Shown: positions 26,001-40,200, counted from the stretch's first letter. The stretch: DNA of 64,000 bases from Psilocybe cubensis (GCA_017499595.2 CM039008.1:1550001-1614000), one strand, 5' to 3'. Made by a program: numbers and translations. Notes: generated by a model from the letters alone, not told the origin.

Positions 26001-29000
26001 TAACGGTATTGTTGGTGGGATGCCCGGTAGCCGATGACCATCCCCCGTATTTTGATAGGCTTCAGCCTCACAGCAGTTATCCAGCATATCCATCTGTGCA
26101 TGTAACCTTCGACTAGCCTCTAGGAGATCCCATACTCCGGATTCGTGTCATTCGACGCCATATCAACAGCCCCAGGTCACTTCAATCTCAACCTTCCGCC
26201 AATACCTATCAAAAATATCAATAAACGCTACTTACTCTGAATCCTCAGAGCTCCAAAACCCACCACTACTGAAGATTCAGACTTTAGATCGACCAGCACA
26301 ACTTCCGACTCAGGAATAACTCTGTATGGACGGGATGATTGGAGATTCGGAGGACCCGGGTTCGTTTTCCTTTGCAATGCCAGGTCTAGGTTCCCATTTC
26401 ACGTTCATGATATGAGGAAGTCTGGACTTTTTACCTTCAAGCCTGCCAACAAGACTCCATCTGGCAGCCGGTCGCTCGTTACACCGGAGCTCATCTAATT
26501 CTGTCTGATCGTCAGGCAGCGCAGCGCGGTACCTCTACGGTACGGTATAATAAACCCTTCCAGTCCAATCCCAATCCCAATCCCAATCCCAAATGTCTCA
26601 TCCGAGCCGTCAAGCTTCAAGGTCGCCAGAAATCTCAATTCGAATGTCGTAGCTCCTATCCTCAACATTCAACCCTCACAGAACCACACAATGATATATC
26701 TTTTTCCAAAGCTTAACTTCTCTGACTTCTCTGGATTCCGCCGTCTTCCGACGCTCTCCTGAGTCCTGAGTCCTATTCCTATTTTTTAACTGTGACGCGG
26801 CGGCGGCGGCGGCAGATCCCGCGCGCCAAACAACCTTGTTCTTCTGCTTCTACTCGCGTCGATCCTTTCGACTCTGGACTCTGGACTCTGACTATGATTC
26901 TGAATATGATGGAGTCTGAATTCGGTCAATGAATTCAAATTTAAATGGGGACGTTGAAATCGGGGCGGGGCCGCCGCTGCTGCCAGAACGCACGTCCACA
27001 TCCTAACCGCGTAAACTAACCTAGAAGCCGCGCTTTCGTTAGATTTGGTATTGGGATTTTCGTTCGCGCGCTCGGCTCGCTTGGCTGGATAGTGGAGGAT
27101 CGACGCTGCCGCGGCTTCTCAAGACTTGACTTGACGCGTTGGACTCGGAAGTGGAAGCGTATGCATATACCCGACCCAGGCGAATGCGGGCAGCTAGCGG
27201 CTAGCGTTTTTGGAGGCTTCGATTAGCGCTGTCAGCTGATCGCAATTCTTCAGGCGTTAGAACATCGACATCAGACACATCGTCATTGCGGCTGGCTAGG
27301 GATTCAGAGGCTTCTTTGCTTTCTTCGGTTCCTGCGATGCAAGGTACTGCTACTAGTAGTAATACTAAGTTTGCTGTATGGGTGGGGTACGGCTATCATC
27401 CTTCTGATCTGCGAGCCGCTTGAAATTGGACGTCAACTTTCAAGGCACTAGCAGGGAATACTTATGCATCTAGTCACTCATTCAGGGGCCGCTCCAATCT
27501 CCGGCGGATGCCTGCTTACACTGCGTTATCGAATAGTACTCAGTATCTCTGAACTCCCATCAGGATCTGAATCATCCCGCCTATTGCTCGACGCGTCAAT
27601 GTAAACTCGGCTCAAACTTGAAGTCTCCGGCTTACCCCCCGGATCGACGCCTGCGTAGCCGTCAGCGTGACCTCGAGGAATAGATGGGCTTGACTATTCT
27701 GCGGGTTTTATACGGTTACCTCGATGAGCACGGCTACCTTCTACAAGGGATGACACTGACACTGACACTGACAGTTCAAATAGGTACTAGACTATATAAA
27801 CCGATTAGCGCTCTACATCCCGCACACTTACTTAGGCGTCTAAGTAGCTATGGGCAGATCACCCGTACATCGCCATCACCATCAATGTCATCATTACCAT
27901 GTGCCTCACATGCGGGAGAGGCGGGATGATACTTCGCGGGAGTAGAAATATCTCTCACATTAACTTGCCCTATTCCATATCCAGTCCAAGACTAGGCGGT
28001 TTCTGGAAAGGGCATCTGGCATAGCCTGTAAAGAGTTCAACTTAATGGTCATGATCTGCGTCGAGTCTATTGGCGTGTTGAAGGATCGGCGACACCTGCA
28101 CACGTCCAATTGCATTGGTGATCCCGCCGGTGGCGGTCGAATTGTGTGTCTGTTTTGGGCAAGATTCTCGCATCTTTATGTTACTGGTTTTTCTTTTTTT
28201 TTGGATTGTGGACTCTTTTTGCTGGGGCATTTTTTTGGATGATAAAACTTTTCCCTTTCTTCTTCGTGATTCTTCTGACGTCGACCGTGATACCCACTAG
28301 GTTTCCCGTTGTTACGGATACGCTGTGCACGCAGACAATTGTTGCTCCGCAGGATAGTTGGAGTGGACTGCGCGAGGCAGAACATGCGGAAAGAGGACAG
28401 GGTTGCGTTACTGTTCTTTGCGCTCAACCTAGGAAGTTTGTCAAATGCTTCAAGACTATCAATTTCTACTCTCGAAGTTGAGTTTTAAATTTTCTTGGAG
28501 AGACGAACATTGCTAACGGAATCAAGAATGAATCATCACCGGCATCGCTGTGCGACACTCGTTTGAAATGGCGAGTCACTGCCGACATAATCACGCATCG
28601 GATTTCCTTGAAATGTACTATGAAACCGTATCTGAGGCCCATGTTCCTGGAATAGGTCATTGATGGGTCGCAATGCTAAATCCATCATTGCGGGTCCTTC
28701 ATAGGCCGTGGGTAGGTTATGCATTTGTTTCCATTCCAAATCTTCTAGGTGGTAATGTTGAGCTCCAAGTCGCTTCCAACTTCGGAGGACAAAGAGCGGT
28801 CAACTTTGTATATCCACGACTTTAAGTGGTTTCTCTGACAGTATCAGATCGTTGCAAGTCGGACCGAGAACTTAACCTTTCAGCACGTTCAAGTTCCTGC
28901 CAGTGACAATCATCATAGCGGGGTTTTCCTGTCAATTCTGTCAATGGCTGACATATGTAAACTTTTTTTTTTACTGCTCTCTGATGCATGTGTTGATTGA

Positions 29001-29193
29001 CATCGCCGCTTATTATTCTTGCCCTGCGCATTAACAAGTTGGTAATCCAGAACATCTTGTTTCAATTTCCCATTACTCAAGATAAAGGCTCGAGATTTTG
29101 CGGAGTGGACCTGCCATGGCCTCTCTTCTGTGACACGACCTTTACATCCAGCTGTTCCAATTTTTCCACATCTATCGCCACAAGAATTTAGCC

Positions 29194-30384
29194 ATGTTCA
29201 AATTTGCAGAGCTCATTCCTGGCCCTGGTCAATCTCCTACGCTCCAAACGATAGCGACATCGTTATCCATGATAGCCTATTCCGCCGTCATCGTTTTATT
29301 ATTGGACTGCATCATTCGTCTAGTGAAGGAACGACACATTCAGTCCAAGTGGATGAAGCCTTTCCTATTCCTCTATTTGATTATCATGTTTGCGTTGTCA
29401 ACGGTCACAATTGTTCAAGAAACTGTCTATGTATCAAAAGACGGAGACGGAGATTCCAGTAGTCGAATCAAGGAGACGTCGCAGCCTGCCGTCCTCTTTG
29501 GTATCTTTGATGTTCCAATCTCGCTTCCGTTTACAATCTGGGGTGCAGATATCTTCATGGTTAGTATATATGTCTGCCCTATTAGACACGAGTTTTAGTT
29601 ACTAATCGATTTATCATAAATAGACCTGGAGGTGTGCCATGATTTATCAAGGGACGCGCCGCGCTATCAGGATCACGGTCGTATTGATCTTGTTTATTCT
29701 GTCTCTAATATCTCTAGGTACGTGTTCACGCTTCCAAACTTTTAATGAATTGATTTGGGTAACCAATGTATTTTCATATGTATTAGGCGGCGGGATATTC
29801 TTCTTCTTGCAACCTGTATACTCGATCGTCAATGGAGTGGTCTTTATTGTCGTTCTGACTACGGCATCCAACATCGTACTTTCGTTCTTGATAGCCGGGC
29901 GCATCCTCTACTATGAGAGACGCGTACGAAAATCTCTGGGAGTATTCAGTGACCTTGCATACCAAAAAGCAGTAGCAATTTGCGTCGAGTCCTGCGCCTT
30001 GATTGTGGTGAACAGTGTGGTGTTTATAATTCTATATTATTCCAATACCCATAGCGCCTTTCTTTTTCCCCTGGTCCTTCTGCCTCATGTTTGCGTGAGT
30101 TTCCCATCTGAGCTGCACATTAAGCTTCAGGAATGCTTACAATGATCTTTATAATATTGTAGGTTATATCTCCTATGCTCATCATATCTCGAGTTGCACA
30201 AGGACGGTCTACCACATCATTGGACCTTTCACAGATCCAAACTCCAAACATCCTGAGCAGCGATATGACACGAAATCCTCTTCCCCCTCTACAATTCCGT
30301 ACTGCATCCTCGAATGCTCTCTCTACCAGCACTAATAGTATCATATTTATAAGTTGTGATGCCAATATAATATTAACTTCATAA
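29194..30384 (+). CDS. Agaricomycete multi-pass (7TM-like) membrane protein
   Basis: Spliced hydrophobic ORFs with TIWGADIFM/TWRC, NIVLSFLIAGRIL, AICVESCAL and VISPMLIISRVAQGR. The 3' end is uncertain. Confidence 0.7.
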
Positions 30385-30592
30385 CTGTCTAAATGAACTC
30401 CAGCGAATAATTGTGTATTCAACGTGTTTGTTTGAACCAAGTGCAAAGTCTCCAAGTTATGCCGAGAACTGGGCGTGAGACACAGGCGCCCGCAAAATGC
30501 CGGCATAGTGTGTGTGTGACTTCAACAGGCACCAAGTTTGAAAAAGCACGGGAGTGCTCCCGGTTTAGGGCTGTCTTTGTTCTACCTTAACC

Positions 30593-32055
30593 ATGTCCTC
30601 TCAACTAGAGCTCACCTATCCATCTTGCCCTACAAATGAATCGGATAGAGCAATCAACAAAATCTCTCCAGAATTGTGGTATCAAATTCTGCAACCCCTC
30701 AAGTCCGCATATTCGCAAAAAGACCTTAAATCCTGCTCCCTTGTCTGCCATCGGCTCCTCTTCTCAAGTCAATCACACCTCTTCTCGATCAAATATCTGA
30801 CAAACCATGCAGATATTGACCTGGCGATACGCAAGTTCTCGCCCAACGCATCGCCGCACCTCGCATTACACGTTAGGAAATCGTAATCGCAGACTGTTCT
30901 CGGTGCAAACAGTCGGAAAAGCACAAAGACTACATAGCCCATCTCACACGGATATGCAATGGTCTTGTCAAAATATGCGTGGTTCGGGGTCAGCCTTACC
31001 TTGCTGACTTGGGTCGGGATCCCAGGAGGCGTCCACCTGCGTTCTTATTCAAGTTAATGACCAATAAAATCATCGAGCCCAAAAATTCAACCAGACCCGG
31101 GTTTATGCTCCATTCGAGAGAGCTTCCGTCAATACATACGCTCAGTATCGTAACAAACAGTGATATGAACCCCGCTGTCGTCCCCCGCTTCCTGAATACC
31201 TTTCCTGGCCTACGCACACTCATATTCAAGCACGCTCACTCTCAGCTTACACTACAAGGGTGCGACATTGCCCCATGATTTCAATTAGAAACATTGCTAC
31301 TCCGCTTGGTCAGCAGTTGCAGCAGCGAGTTTCTAACCTGGCTGCTTCCGTCGCTGGGGAATTTGGAGCACCTGGATATCGAATTGGGGAGCTTTATGTC
31401 CGGGGAACAAGGGTTGAACTCAGCAGACGCAATGCTTGGGTTACCACAAAGCCAGGAACCTGCCAGGAACCATGGAAATTTTCAGCCTAGCGAGTGGCTA
31501 CGATACGTTGGGAGAAATGTATCCAGCCTGAGCCTTTGCACAAATTCAACCTGATCGGCAGGTACATTAATTCGTACTTATTAGAAGTGCCTGCAGAATG
31601 AAGCTGACCAATGTCATTGATAGCCATACACGACTTCTATCCACTATTGCACCCGGAATACACACCGCACCTCCAAGACCTGGCCTTTCTTGATCTCTAC
31701 ATCCCCGATAAACTCTCGCCATTTTTTCAACGATATCTTTGATCTATCCGCTGAACGCAAGCTCCACTCACTGTCTCTTCATTTTTATGTCATCACAAGT
31801 AACACTGGGAAAGAGCGGACATATCTCGACTATATACCATTCGAGTGGGACGACTTCTTAAACACTCTACGCAATCGAAACTGGGACGAGCAGGTGGACC
31901 ACCATCCATTCAAGCTTAATCTACATTTCTCTTTCACAAAGGAATTGACATCTTGGAAAGATCACATCCAGAAGATGTACTCGATTCTGGAAGATGTTTT
32001 GACTGATGTACTTCATCGGCTTGCGGCGCAGCGTAGGCTTTATATAACAAGGTAG
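30593..32055 (+). pseudogene. F-box-like protein, disrupted
   Basis: F-box-like ISPELWYQILQPL..DLKSCSLVCH. Frameshift near 30877-30886 (reading continues IVIADCSRC.. in another frame) and in-frame TGA at 31276-31278 between co-frame ORFs 30979 and 31294. Confidence 0.6.
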
Positions 32056-32580
32056 AGGATGGAATACGGGATACGGCCGCTAAATGCAGTGTTTCCTTTC
32101 TTCAACCCATCTTGTATGCGACATTTACCATACCGGAAAACTTAAATAAATGGTTTGAAATCCACGAGTAAACTAGAGAGGCGGTTTGGAAGCAGTTATA
32201 ATTCCATATCATTTGCCTCTTCTTGAGCATATTTCTTGACCCTCAGGGTCCTTTCCAGTTTGTAAATAGTTTGAACTACATAAACGGTATTGGCTCATAC
32301 ACAGACCTAGCAGCTTGCGCTATGTAGGTTTATAAATCGCGACACTATTCTTGAATTAGAGGTGAATACATAAAAATAAAAAAGGGAGAATCTAACCCTA
32401 GCTACATAGATTAATGTTGATTACACAGTTAATTTTTATAATCCCGATGGCTTCAAGCGCGTAGAAAAAATTAAGGAAGCCAGCATACGTATCTCCCTCC
32501 CCATCCCATACCCCTTGTTCACAACACAAGCTAACCAAACCACCGCACCCACCCACCCACCCCACACTCACCGGCATGAA

Positions 32581-33592
32581 CTACGGCAGCACGATTCTTC
32601 TCCGTCGTCCAATGATAACACGTTTGGTGGGGTGGATTTTCGTTTCGTGTCGATTTCTGGTATGCCGGTTACAGAAAAATTTGTCACAGAAATTGCATGG
32701 GTGTGGTTTTCTTCCGGTGCTATAAATCGATAGGTTAATATGAGATGTGTTATGATCTGCAACAGCGACTTACTGGGCGAAGTTTATGTGATCTTCCCTG
32801 GAATCCTCCTATACCGGTGTTTAAGTAGAATCAGATGCCACTCTAGACAATTCAAGGAAACGCAGGGATAAACTATGTAGACTCACGTTTGAGAATTTTC
32901 TTGTGCATTGAGGGTAAGGGCATGAATGCCTAACAGTTGTTGAGAGCCAATAAGACACGATTTAATATTTCAGAATATCAAGGACCTGCCTTGTGTGGTT
33001 GGTATGTTTAGTTGAGGTATGCCGCTTAAGGCTGCTACTTTTGTGGAACGCAGCCTTGCACCCTATGTGCAAGCACTTATATATATGTTCATCTCTGCGC
33101 CGGTAACAGATACATGAAGACGTATTAGCCCTGTGTTCGAGTTTCTAGACAGGAATACTAGATACTCACTCATTGTAAGTGATTGGCACGCGGATGTATG
33201 TCGCTTTCTGCAAAGGTGGCTTAGGCCTGCTTCCCCTGATTGGCGTACGGTGTTGTGAATCATGCGACTTGGTACTCCTGTCCTCCACTTGAGTCCAATC
33301 AGAAGGAATTGCCATGTCCGTATCTTTTACCTCAGCAAATTCGCTGAGGTTGATGCTTGTCGTGGTGGGTGGCTCTGTTGATAGAGACAAGTTCAATGCA
33401 CGCAAAATTTGGACTCAAAGGTGCACAAAAAGCTGCTGAAGTACTCACGGGGTTCAAAATAACCAATATCGAAGTTAAGAGAACTAATGCAAATGGCGAG
33501 TCAGCCTTGGAATAGTGGTAAGGAGACAAAACAGACCCGATAGAATTTAGGAGCTCGTTGAAAGATGGAAGAGAAACTGGAGTAGAACTCAT
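32581..33592 (-). CDS. C2H2 zinc-finger protein A (about 3 fingers)
   Basis: Spliced fingers YKCLHIGCKAAFHKSSSLKRHTSTKH, CPYPQCTRKF..EDHINFAH, then linker TGRKP and HPCNFCDKFFCNRHTRNRHETKIH; N-terminus MSSTPVSLPSFNELL. Confidence 0.75.
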
Positions 33593-34969
33593 AGTGAGGT
33601 GTGAAGGAGATATGATACGAGATAGAGATTCAAGAAAACGAGAGAAACGACTTGCTTTAACATGAACATCGCCGTGGCTTATATCGATTTCAAGACGCCC
33701 CTTAGTACAGTGGAAATCCAAAGATGGAAATTAGTTGGAGGTACAGGCTAGCTTGTAACGAGTCAATTTGCACATAGACAGGACCTCACCTCATGGAAAC
33801 TGGTGCTTTGTGAGCGCATGTCATTGTCAGTTTTATACTACATCGGGACAGAAGCTCTCATTATTTGTGAGAAACGTCGAGTCCACGAGGTTGTGAGCTT
33901 CTTCGAGGCTCCAAGTACCCGCTGGACAGTGCGTCTGAGCCTGAATTTACTGATGGTAGACTTGAGTGATGAGTCAATGTCGTGGGGTGCGTCAACTGCG
34001 GCTAAGCTGTTTTCGTATCTTTCATTTCCATGTTTGTCTCTAGGTATCTAGAGTTCGTGTTGTGTAGACTGTTCTGGATCTCTAGGCACCTTGGCAGCTT
34101 TGGTGGGTTTGTCCCCCCCCCCTCTGGACACACAATTGTGGTTCAAGTCCACCCATTTCTTGTGTATATTGATTGGGCTAAAATTTAGTAAAAATTGAAG
34201 GTTCCTTTTGTTCCAGTTGTAGGTAGAGCTTCTTTATTTAAACTCCGCAGGATACTAGGAGTTTTCAAGCGACTGGTTGAAAGTCAACCACTCCCCTGGG
34301 ATACACTCATAACCACGCCACTGAAAATATTTCCGCCGCGGGCGGTAACCGGACGGAGATAATCATCAAAAATCATCCCACGGCTGAAAGTCTTATCTCT
34401 GAACATTGTTCATACTGGACTGATATCCTGAAGATCCGACGTCGCTCAATGCCATATTTTTAATGCACACGATGTAGTAGTACTGGCTAACGAGTATGGA
34501 GTCTATGGACCTGGTACCCGAAGTATGTCCTTATTTGCACCAAGTTCATTTCTGCCGAAGACGGCACGCGGAGCTTATATAGGCGCTCGCGAATTGCCGC
34601 CCATCGATGATGGCATCACGTCCCTGCTACTCCCCTATTTTACCCTTATTGTTCAATATCCTGCCTAAACTCGATCAAAGGATTATTCTTGAACAATCAC
34701 TTGAGGGGCTCCCTCTTTCCTTGCCTTAGCTGTAGTAGTTCTCCACTGTGCATCCCTGTCTACCATATGGTCCACCAGATTAGGAGAATAAACTAGGAAA
34801 AAAAAACGGAGAGGCTCATGATGCAGTTTCCGATGGCATGAAACAGATAGTTGAGGTTGCTTGTACTCAGAAAGGCATCGTGAATTCTTTTAACTTCCTT
34901 CGTATATTGATTAATTAAATCTCGAACATAAGTACTAAATGATACCGCCCTCGTCATTTAACCAGCCTG

Positions 34970-36297
34970 TCAAATTTCGTTTGTGCATTTTCTGCGTTCT
35001 TGACGAAGCGCATCCGGATGATGGAATTTAACATGTTTGCTCCGCTTTGACACCCCATTAAACTCTCTTGTGCAATACTGAACAGGGCATTTGAAAGGCT
35101 TCAGCCCAGTACTATATATATGAATAGGACAAGTCAACAACGACGGATTGAAGCTTGATGAAGGACATAAAAAAGCGTACTGGATGTGCATGTGCTCCTT
35201 AAAATACGTCGTTTTCTGAGTAATGTGTGTTGAACACGGTCAGTAACCCCTATTCTGATTCTGTGCTTTTGCACGAAAAGAAAGGAATGAAATGAAATTG
35301 AAAATATACCTGGGCGAACGCTTTCCCACAGACTCTACTTGGATCCTTTCGATCGGGAAAAGTACACGTCGCCTCCCTTTCAAAGTCAACCATCAGCCTC
35401 TTCCAAACTAAACTGAAGTACGAGAATCGAATCAGGGTAGGGATAGCTCACCGAAGGCTCATGTGGTTATTCAGAATATGCCGTCTGACGAGTGGTGCCT
35501 GAGAAAAGCGCTTGCCGCACAGACTTCCGTTTTCCAACGGGAAGATGCATTTCCACTCCCATCCTGTTTTGCTTTGAGGGCTGTATGAGATGAATCTCTC
35601 GGCGTCTTTTTTGTACCTGTTGTCTATCGTTGTCAGGATAGGAGGATAGTTGATGAACCCCTCCTTAGAAGGCTTTGTGGGAGTACCGACGATTTCTTGA
35701 GGTCCCGGCGCATGAGGTATGGTACGGTTTCTCTGAGAAGAGGTCCTCGTTAGTGCCTTTGGCTCTCCAGAGCCGACTTTCGTAGATTCATAGCCGTGAC
35801 TTTCCCAAAGAAACACGCGTTGGCGAGTTGGGCTTTGAATGACAAATGGCTTGATAGCAAACCGCGTTAGACAGAGTTGAAGCGCACGCACAGGTGGGAT
35901 TGGGGCTTACGAAGTTCGTGATTGAAGCGCGACTGGTCTGATACGTGTATGTTGAACGCGCTTGAGAGCTTGGGAGAGAGTGACTGTACTGCGTTTCAGG
36001 CCTAAATTGTAAAAATGGAATTAAATATCGTAACAAAAAGACTGGGTAAAATGCAATGATTGATAAATACCTCTTCAGAGACTCGCAAAGCTGGGCAAAT
36101 GAGGGTAGCTTGATACTTTGAACCGCGGTAGCGCTAATGATAGCAGCAGGACGTGGCTGGTGGTTTGTAGACGGTGGTCTGTTCGCGCTTTTAGTATTCT
36201 TTAAGCCAAATGTCAGATAGTGTAGGAGCAAATACAAGTTGGCTGGTAGTCCAGGAAGCATTGGGTAAGGGATCCAGGGAGGGCTTTCATGGTTCAT
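34970..36297 (-). CDS. C2H2 zinc-finger protein B (3 fingers)
   Basis: WKCIFPLENGSLCGKRFSQAPLVRRHILNNH; CTFPDRKDPSRVCGKAFAQKTTYFKEHMHIH; linker TGLKP; FKCPVQYCTREFNGVSKRSKHVKFHH. Start codon uncertain. Confidence 0.8.
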
Positions 36298-37016
36298 GAT
36301 GGATGAGCTGGGATACGATAGCAAACTTTGAGTGAAAAGAAGGGAAGAAATCTAAGGCTGCTCATATAATACTTCAGCTTGTTGATCATTTGAGGATAGC
36401 GATGCATCCTGATTCCTGAATATGGAAAATACTTGGAGCCTGGAGGGACATGGGTGTATGGGTGTATGGGTGCACTGGACAACAAGGCTACTAGTACCGG
36501 CGCGCAGAGCGCAGAAACAGCCAATTATAAGATCCGTTTCCTTTTTTTCTCCTCTTCACTGGACCTTGGACCTTGTGTGTACATGCGTCGGATGTGTCGG
36601 AACGCCTACAAAAGAAATGTCTCTTCACGAATCACAGTGAATTCCAAACCCAGCGCCGAGGAACAGAAGTCTTTGAGTGCGGCTGGTGATGTCGAGTACC
36701 GTGTACCCGCTGGACAGGACAGTGGATATTGTCTGGGCTTGAAATTCGTTGATCGTGGACTTTGAAGAATCCCTGTGAAAGACACCAACACTGCCACCAA
36801 TCTTCGATGAAGCTGTTTGGTGCAAGGGCGATATGTGATATTATTAACACGTTGGGTCATACAAACAACAGCAGCAACAATTTGTTTCACCGGATATCAT
36901 TGCTCTCAACACATCCTAATCATCGCTCTTAAACCACCAGGAATAAAATTTATTGGATTATCCGCACTGAACATTGTCATTAGGCACTTGTATCACAAGA
37001 TCTGTCGTACTCCCAT

Positions 37017-37120
37017 GGCCGTGTGGCGAAATGGCATCGCGTCTGACTACGATCAGTACGTGCTCTTCTGGGTCCGTAGCCCGAATCAGGAGATTGTAGG
37101 TTCGACCCCTACCTCGGTCA
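37017..37120 (+). tRNA. tRNA-Arg(ACG) with 32-nt intron (37053-37084)
   Basis: Acceptor stem GGCCGTG/CTCGGTC + A; A-box TGGCGAAATGG; anticodon arm TCTGA-CT-ACG-A|A-TCAGG; T-arm GTAGG-TTCGACC-CCTAC; T-run downstream. Confidence 0.92.
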
Positions 37121-37299
37121 TTTATTTTTGTGTATCGAGGTAAAAAGTTTATCCACCGGATGTTTTTTCTTTGTATTTCTTTGGATAACGGGTTAGCTAG
37201 TTTTTCAATATTCTATTCCATTGTCATCGTTGTGTTGTTTTCTCTGCACTCAGACTCACATACTCACATAGCAACTATTATTTGTATAGAGACACATTG

Positions 37300-40200
37300 A
37301 CATCCTTCATCAAATTGCATGGCGATTTTCTAAACGAGGACAAATATACCCTCTTCCTCCTCCTCCTCTTTTTCTTGTTCTTTCAAGTACAGAAAAAGGA
37401 CATAAGATTAAGCAGTCACTGAAATCCAAACAGATTCAGATTCGAATCCGAATCCGAAATAGCGATCTGACTCCCTAACTCTAATCCCTTCTAGTTAGTA
37501 GTATCGGATATCCCCAGCTCATGATCAGCCCTACCCAGAACTGCATAATGCGGTATGAAGACACTGCGCACAGCGCTCTTCCCGGTCATTTTTTCTTTTT
37601 CTCGTGTGGGGGGAGATGAAAAGTAAGGATGAGATGGGGTGGGGTTGGTGCGTGCGTCTTGGGACTTTGGCGTTGCTGGACAGGGACGGGATAGGGGTAT
37701 AGGTATGGGTATAGGCGCTGGAGAGTGAGGGAGAGGGGAGAGGGAGAGGGCACGGAGGTTCGGCAAGGTCAAGGTGTAGATAAACAACCAAACCAAGAAT
37801 AGTTCAATTTGAGAAGAGAAGAGGATGGATACCGTGTTTGTTCGAGCTAGTTAAGCTATTTGAGCTAGACCTTGAACTTGAACTTGAATTTGGAGCATGG
37901 CCGTGACATTAGCTAGTAGTGGTACAGAACTCGGGGTCTCGGACGCCACACGTAGATAATTAGATAAAGGCGATAGTTGAGCTGTGCGCTGGAGTTGGAC
38001 TTGGGCGTTGAAGCTGGAGCCTGGAGCCTGCTACTTGGAGCCAGGAACGTAGTATAGTCAAACTAGGAGACCGCTGAGGCATCTCTCAACGTAGCACAGA
38101 AGTAGAGGTAAGCCTGGTGCTGGGGACTCGACGCGATTCTCGATTCTCGACTCGCAGGTACTATGTGAAAGTCTGTGTAGTGTGAGATGAATCATTGAAT
38201 GATGGATGTCGATGATGGGTTATGATGCACAGATAGCATCATAGCATCACATCAACTGTAATATCAAGCGCCTTCGAATTCGGTGTTTAATTAAGATATC
38301 GATATCGGACGCGGACCAGTCTACCAGATACAGGGATGAAGATGAATTCATAATTCATAATCCATAACTCATAATTCATTGATCATGGTCATGGACATGG
38401 TCATGATTTCATATCGTGAGCATGATAATCGACTTCTCGCGAGTCGTGCCGCGTGCTCAGCGCGTGGTGAGGAAGGTCTGAAGCGAAGAGAAGAGAGCGT
38501 GGAGAAGAGGAGAGGTTCCATTCGGAAGATAGCGAGCGAGCGAGCGAGCTGCGGCGTATTGTGGAAAGTGGAAAGAGGCGAACAGAAAAGAACAGAAACT
38601 AAACGAACGGAGAGGAAACGAAACGAACAGACAAGAACAGAAACGAACAGAAACGAAACGAAACAGAACAGAAACGAAATGAAACGAACAGAAAAGACAC
38701 GAAAAGAAAACTCAAGAACCTATACTATACTTCACAATCGGTTCATAATTATAACAATAACAATAATAATATGAGATGAGGACACAAGTAGCAGACCGAG
38801 ACTTAGACTCCGAGCAGGCGGGTAGACCGTACAAAGGATTAGGACTCTGAAGACTGGGGTGTAAGCACCGCCGGCGATGCGAGTCGACGACGACGAGGAT
38901 GAGGATGAGGATGAGGATGAGGATGAGGATGATGATAAAGATAATGAGGATGACTGCTTTGCATTGGGACGAATATAACTTTGCAGCTTGGAGATGATTC
39001 AGAGATCGAAGCTTGGAGGTTTGCAAGTGGGAGTTCTGCCTGGTATGTTCTGGTATATCATACGCGCGAGAATAACATGTACAGACAGATAGAGCGATAG
39101 AGCGATAGAGCTTGAGTTTAAGCTGAGGTTGGATATGTCGGGAATCGGGATCGACGCTTCCTATCTTAATATTCCAATCTTCGGGGTTTAAACATAGTCA
39201 CTAGAATAGAGGACAACGAGAGAGAGGGGGAGAGAGTGTGTGTGTAGCCGGCTTGTAAAGAACTAGAAAAAGACCCAGAACCAGAGCGAGAACCAGAATC
39301 AGAACCACAAGAAACCGAGAATCAGATTCAGAGTCAGAACCAGAACCGGAACAGGAACAGGCATCGCAGTGCCACGATCATAACCATAACTATAACCATA
39401 GCCATAGCCATAATATAGCCATAAACATAACATATGCACACTATGCTAGCTGCTGGCAATTGCAGACCCAAACGTCACTTCGCGAATAGCGACGAGGGAC
39501 CGAGGAAGAAGCGAAGGGAGGTCATAAGTACCAAGTTAGTACTAGCACTAAGGTCAGACCAGGTCAGGAATCAGGAATCAGGAGTCAGGAATCAGGAATT
39601 AGGAGTCAGGAATCAGGAATCAGGAGTCAGGATAGGTCAGAGTTGGGTCGGAGTTGGGTCAGAGCGGGTAAGAGCAGGTAAGAGCAGGTAAGAGCGGGAT
39701 CATCGACGGTCTTCGAAGTTCGGAGGATAGCTGGATAGTTGGATAGGGGTCATGCCACGCCACGCCATGCGTGCACGGGTGCACGGGTGCGCGCCAGCGC
39801 ATCGAGTGTTGATTATTGATTAAGTCGAGAAGTATTGTCTGAGGAGAGGTACTCCATTGCATATTTGCATATTGCATAGCGTGAATGTAGCGTGCAACGC
39901 TGGGCTTGGACACGACACGACGCGACACGCTTGGATGAGGTTGGATTGATAATGATCATCGACAAGGCGTGAGTCGGGACGCACGGGCGAAAGGAAGCAC
40001 AAGAACAAGAACAAGAGGGTATGTATGTATACACGCAAGCGTGCGTATATGCGTGCGTGGATGGAGGGGAAAAAGACAAAGACAAAGAGCGCTGAACGTG
40101 CGAGGGAAAGTGGAAGGCGAAGGCGAAGGCTAAGTGGACAAAGGAGATTGCTCGGAGAGATAGAGATATAGATATCTTAGATATATAGATTGCTGCTGCA

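Noticed and set aside
39565-39700. CRISPR-like array
   Set aside because: Eukaryotic DNA; contiguous short repeats without unique spacers.
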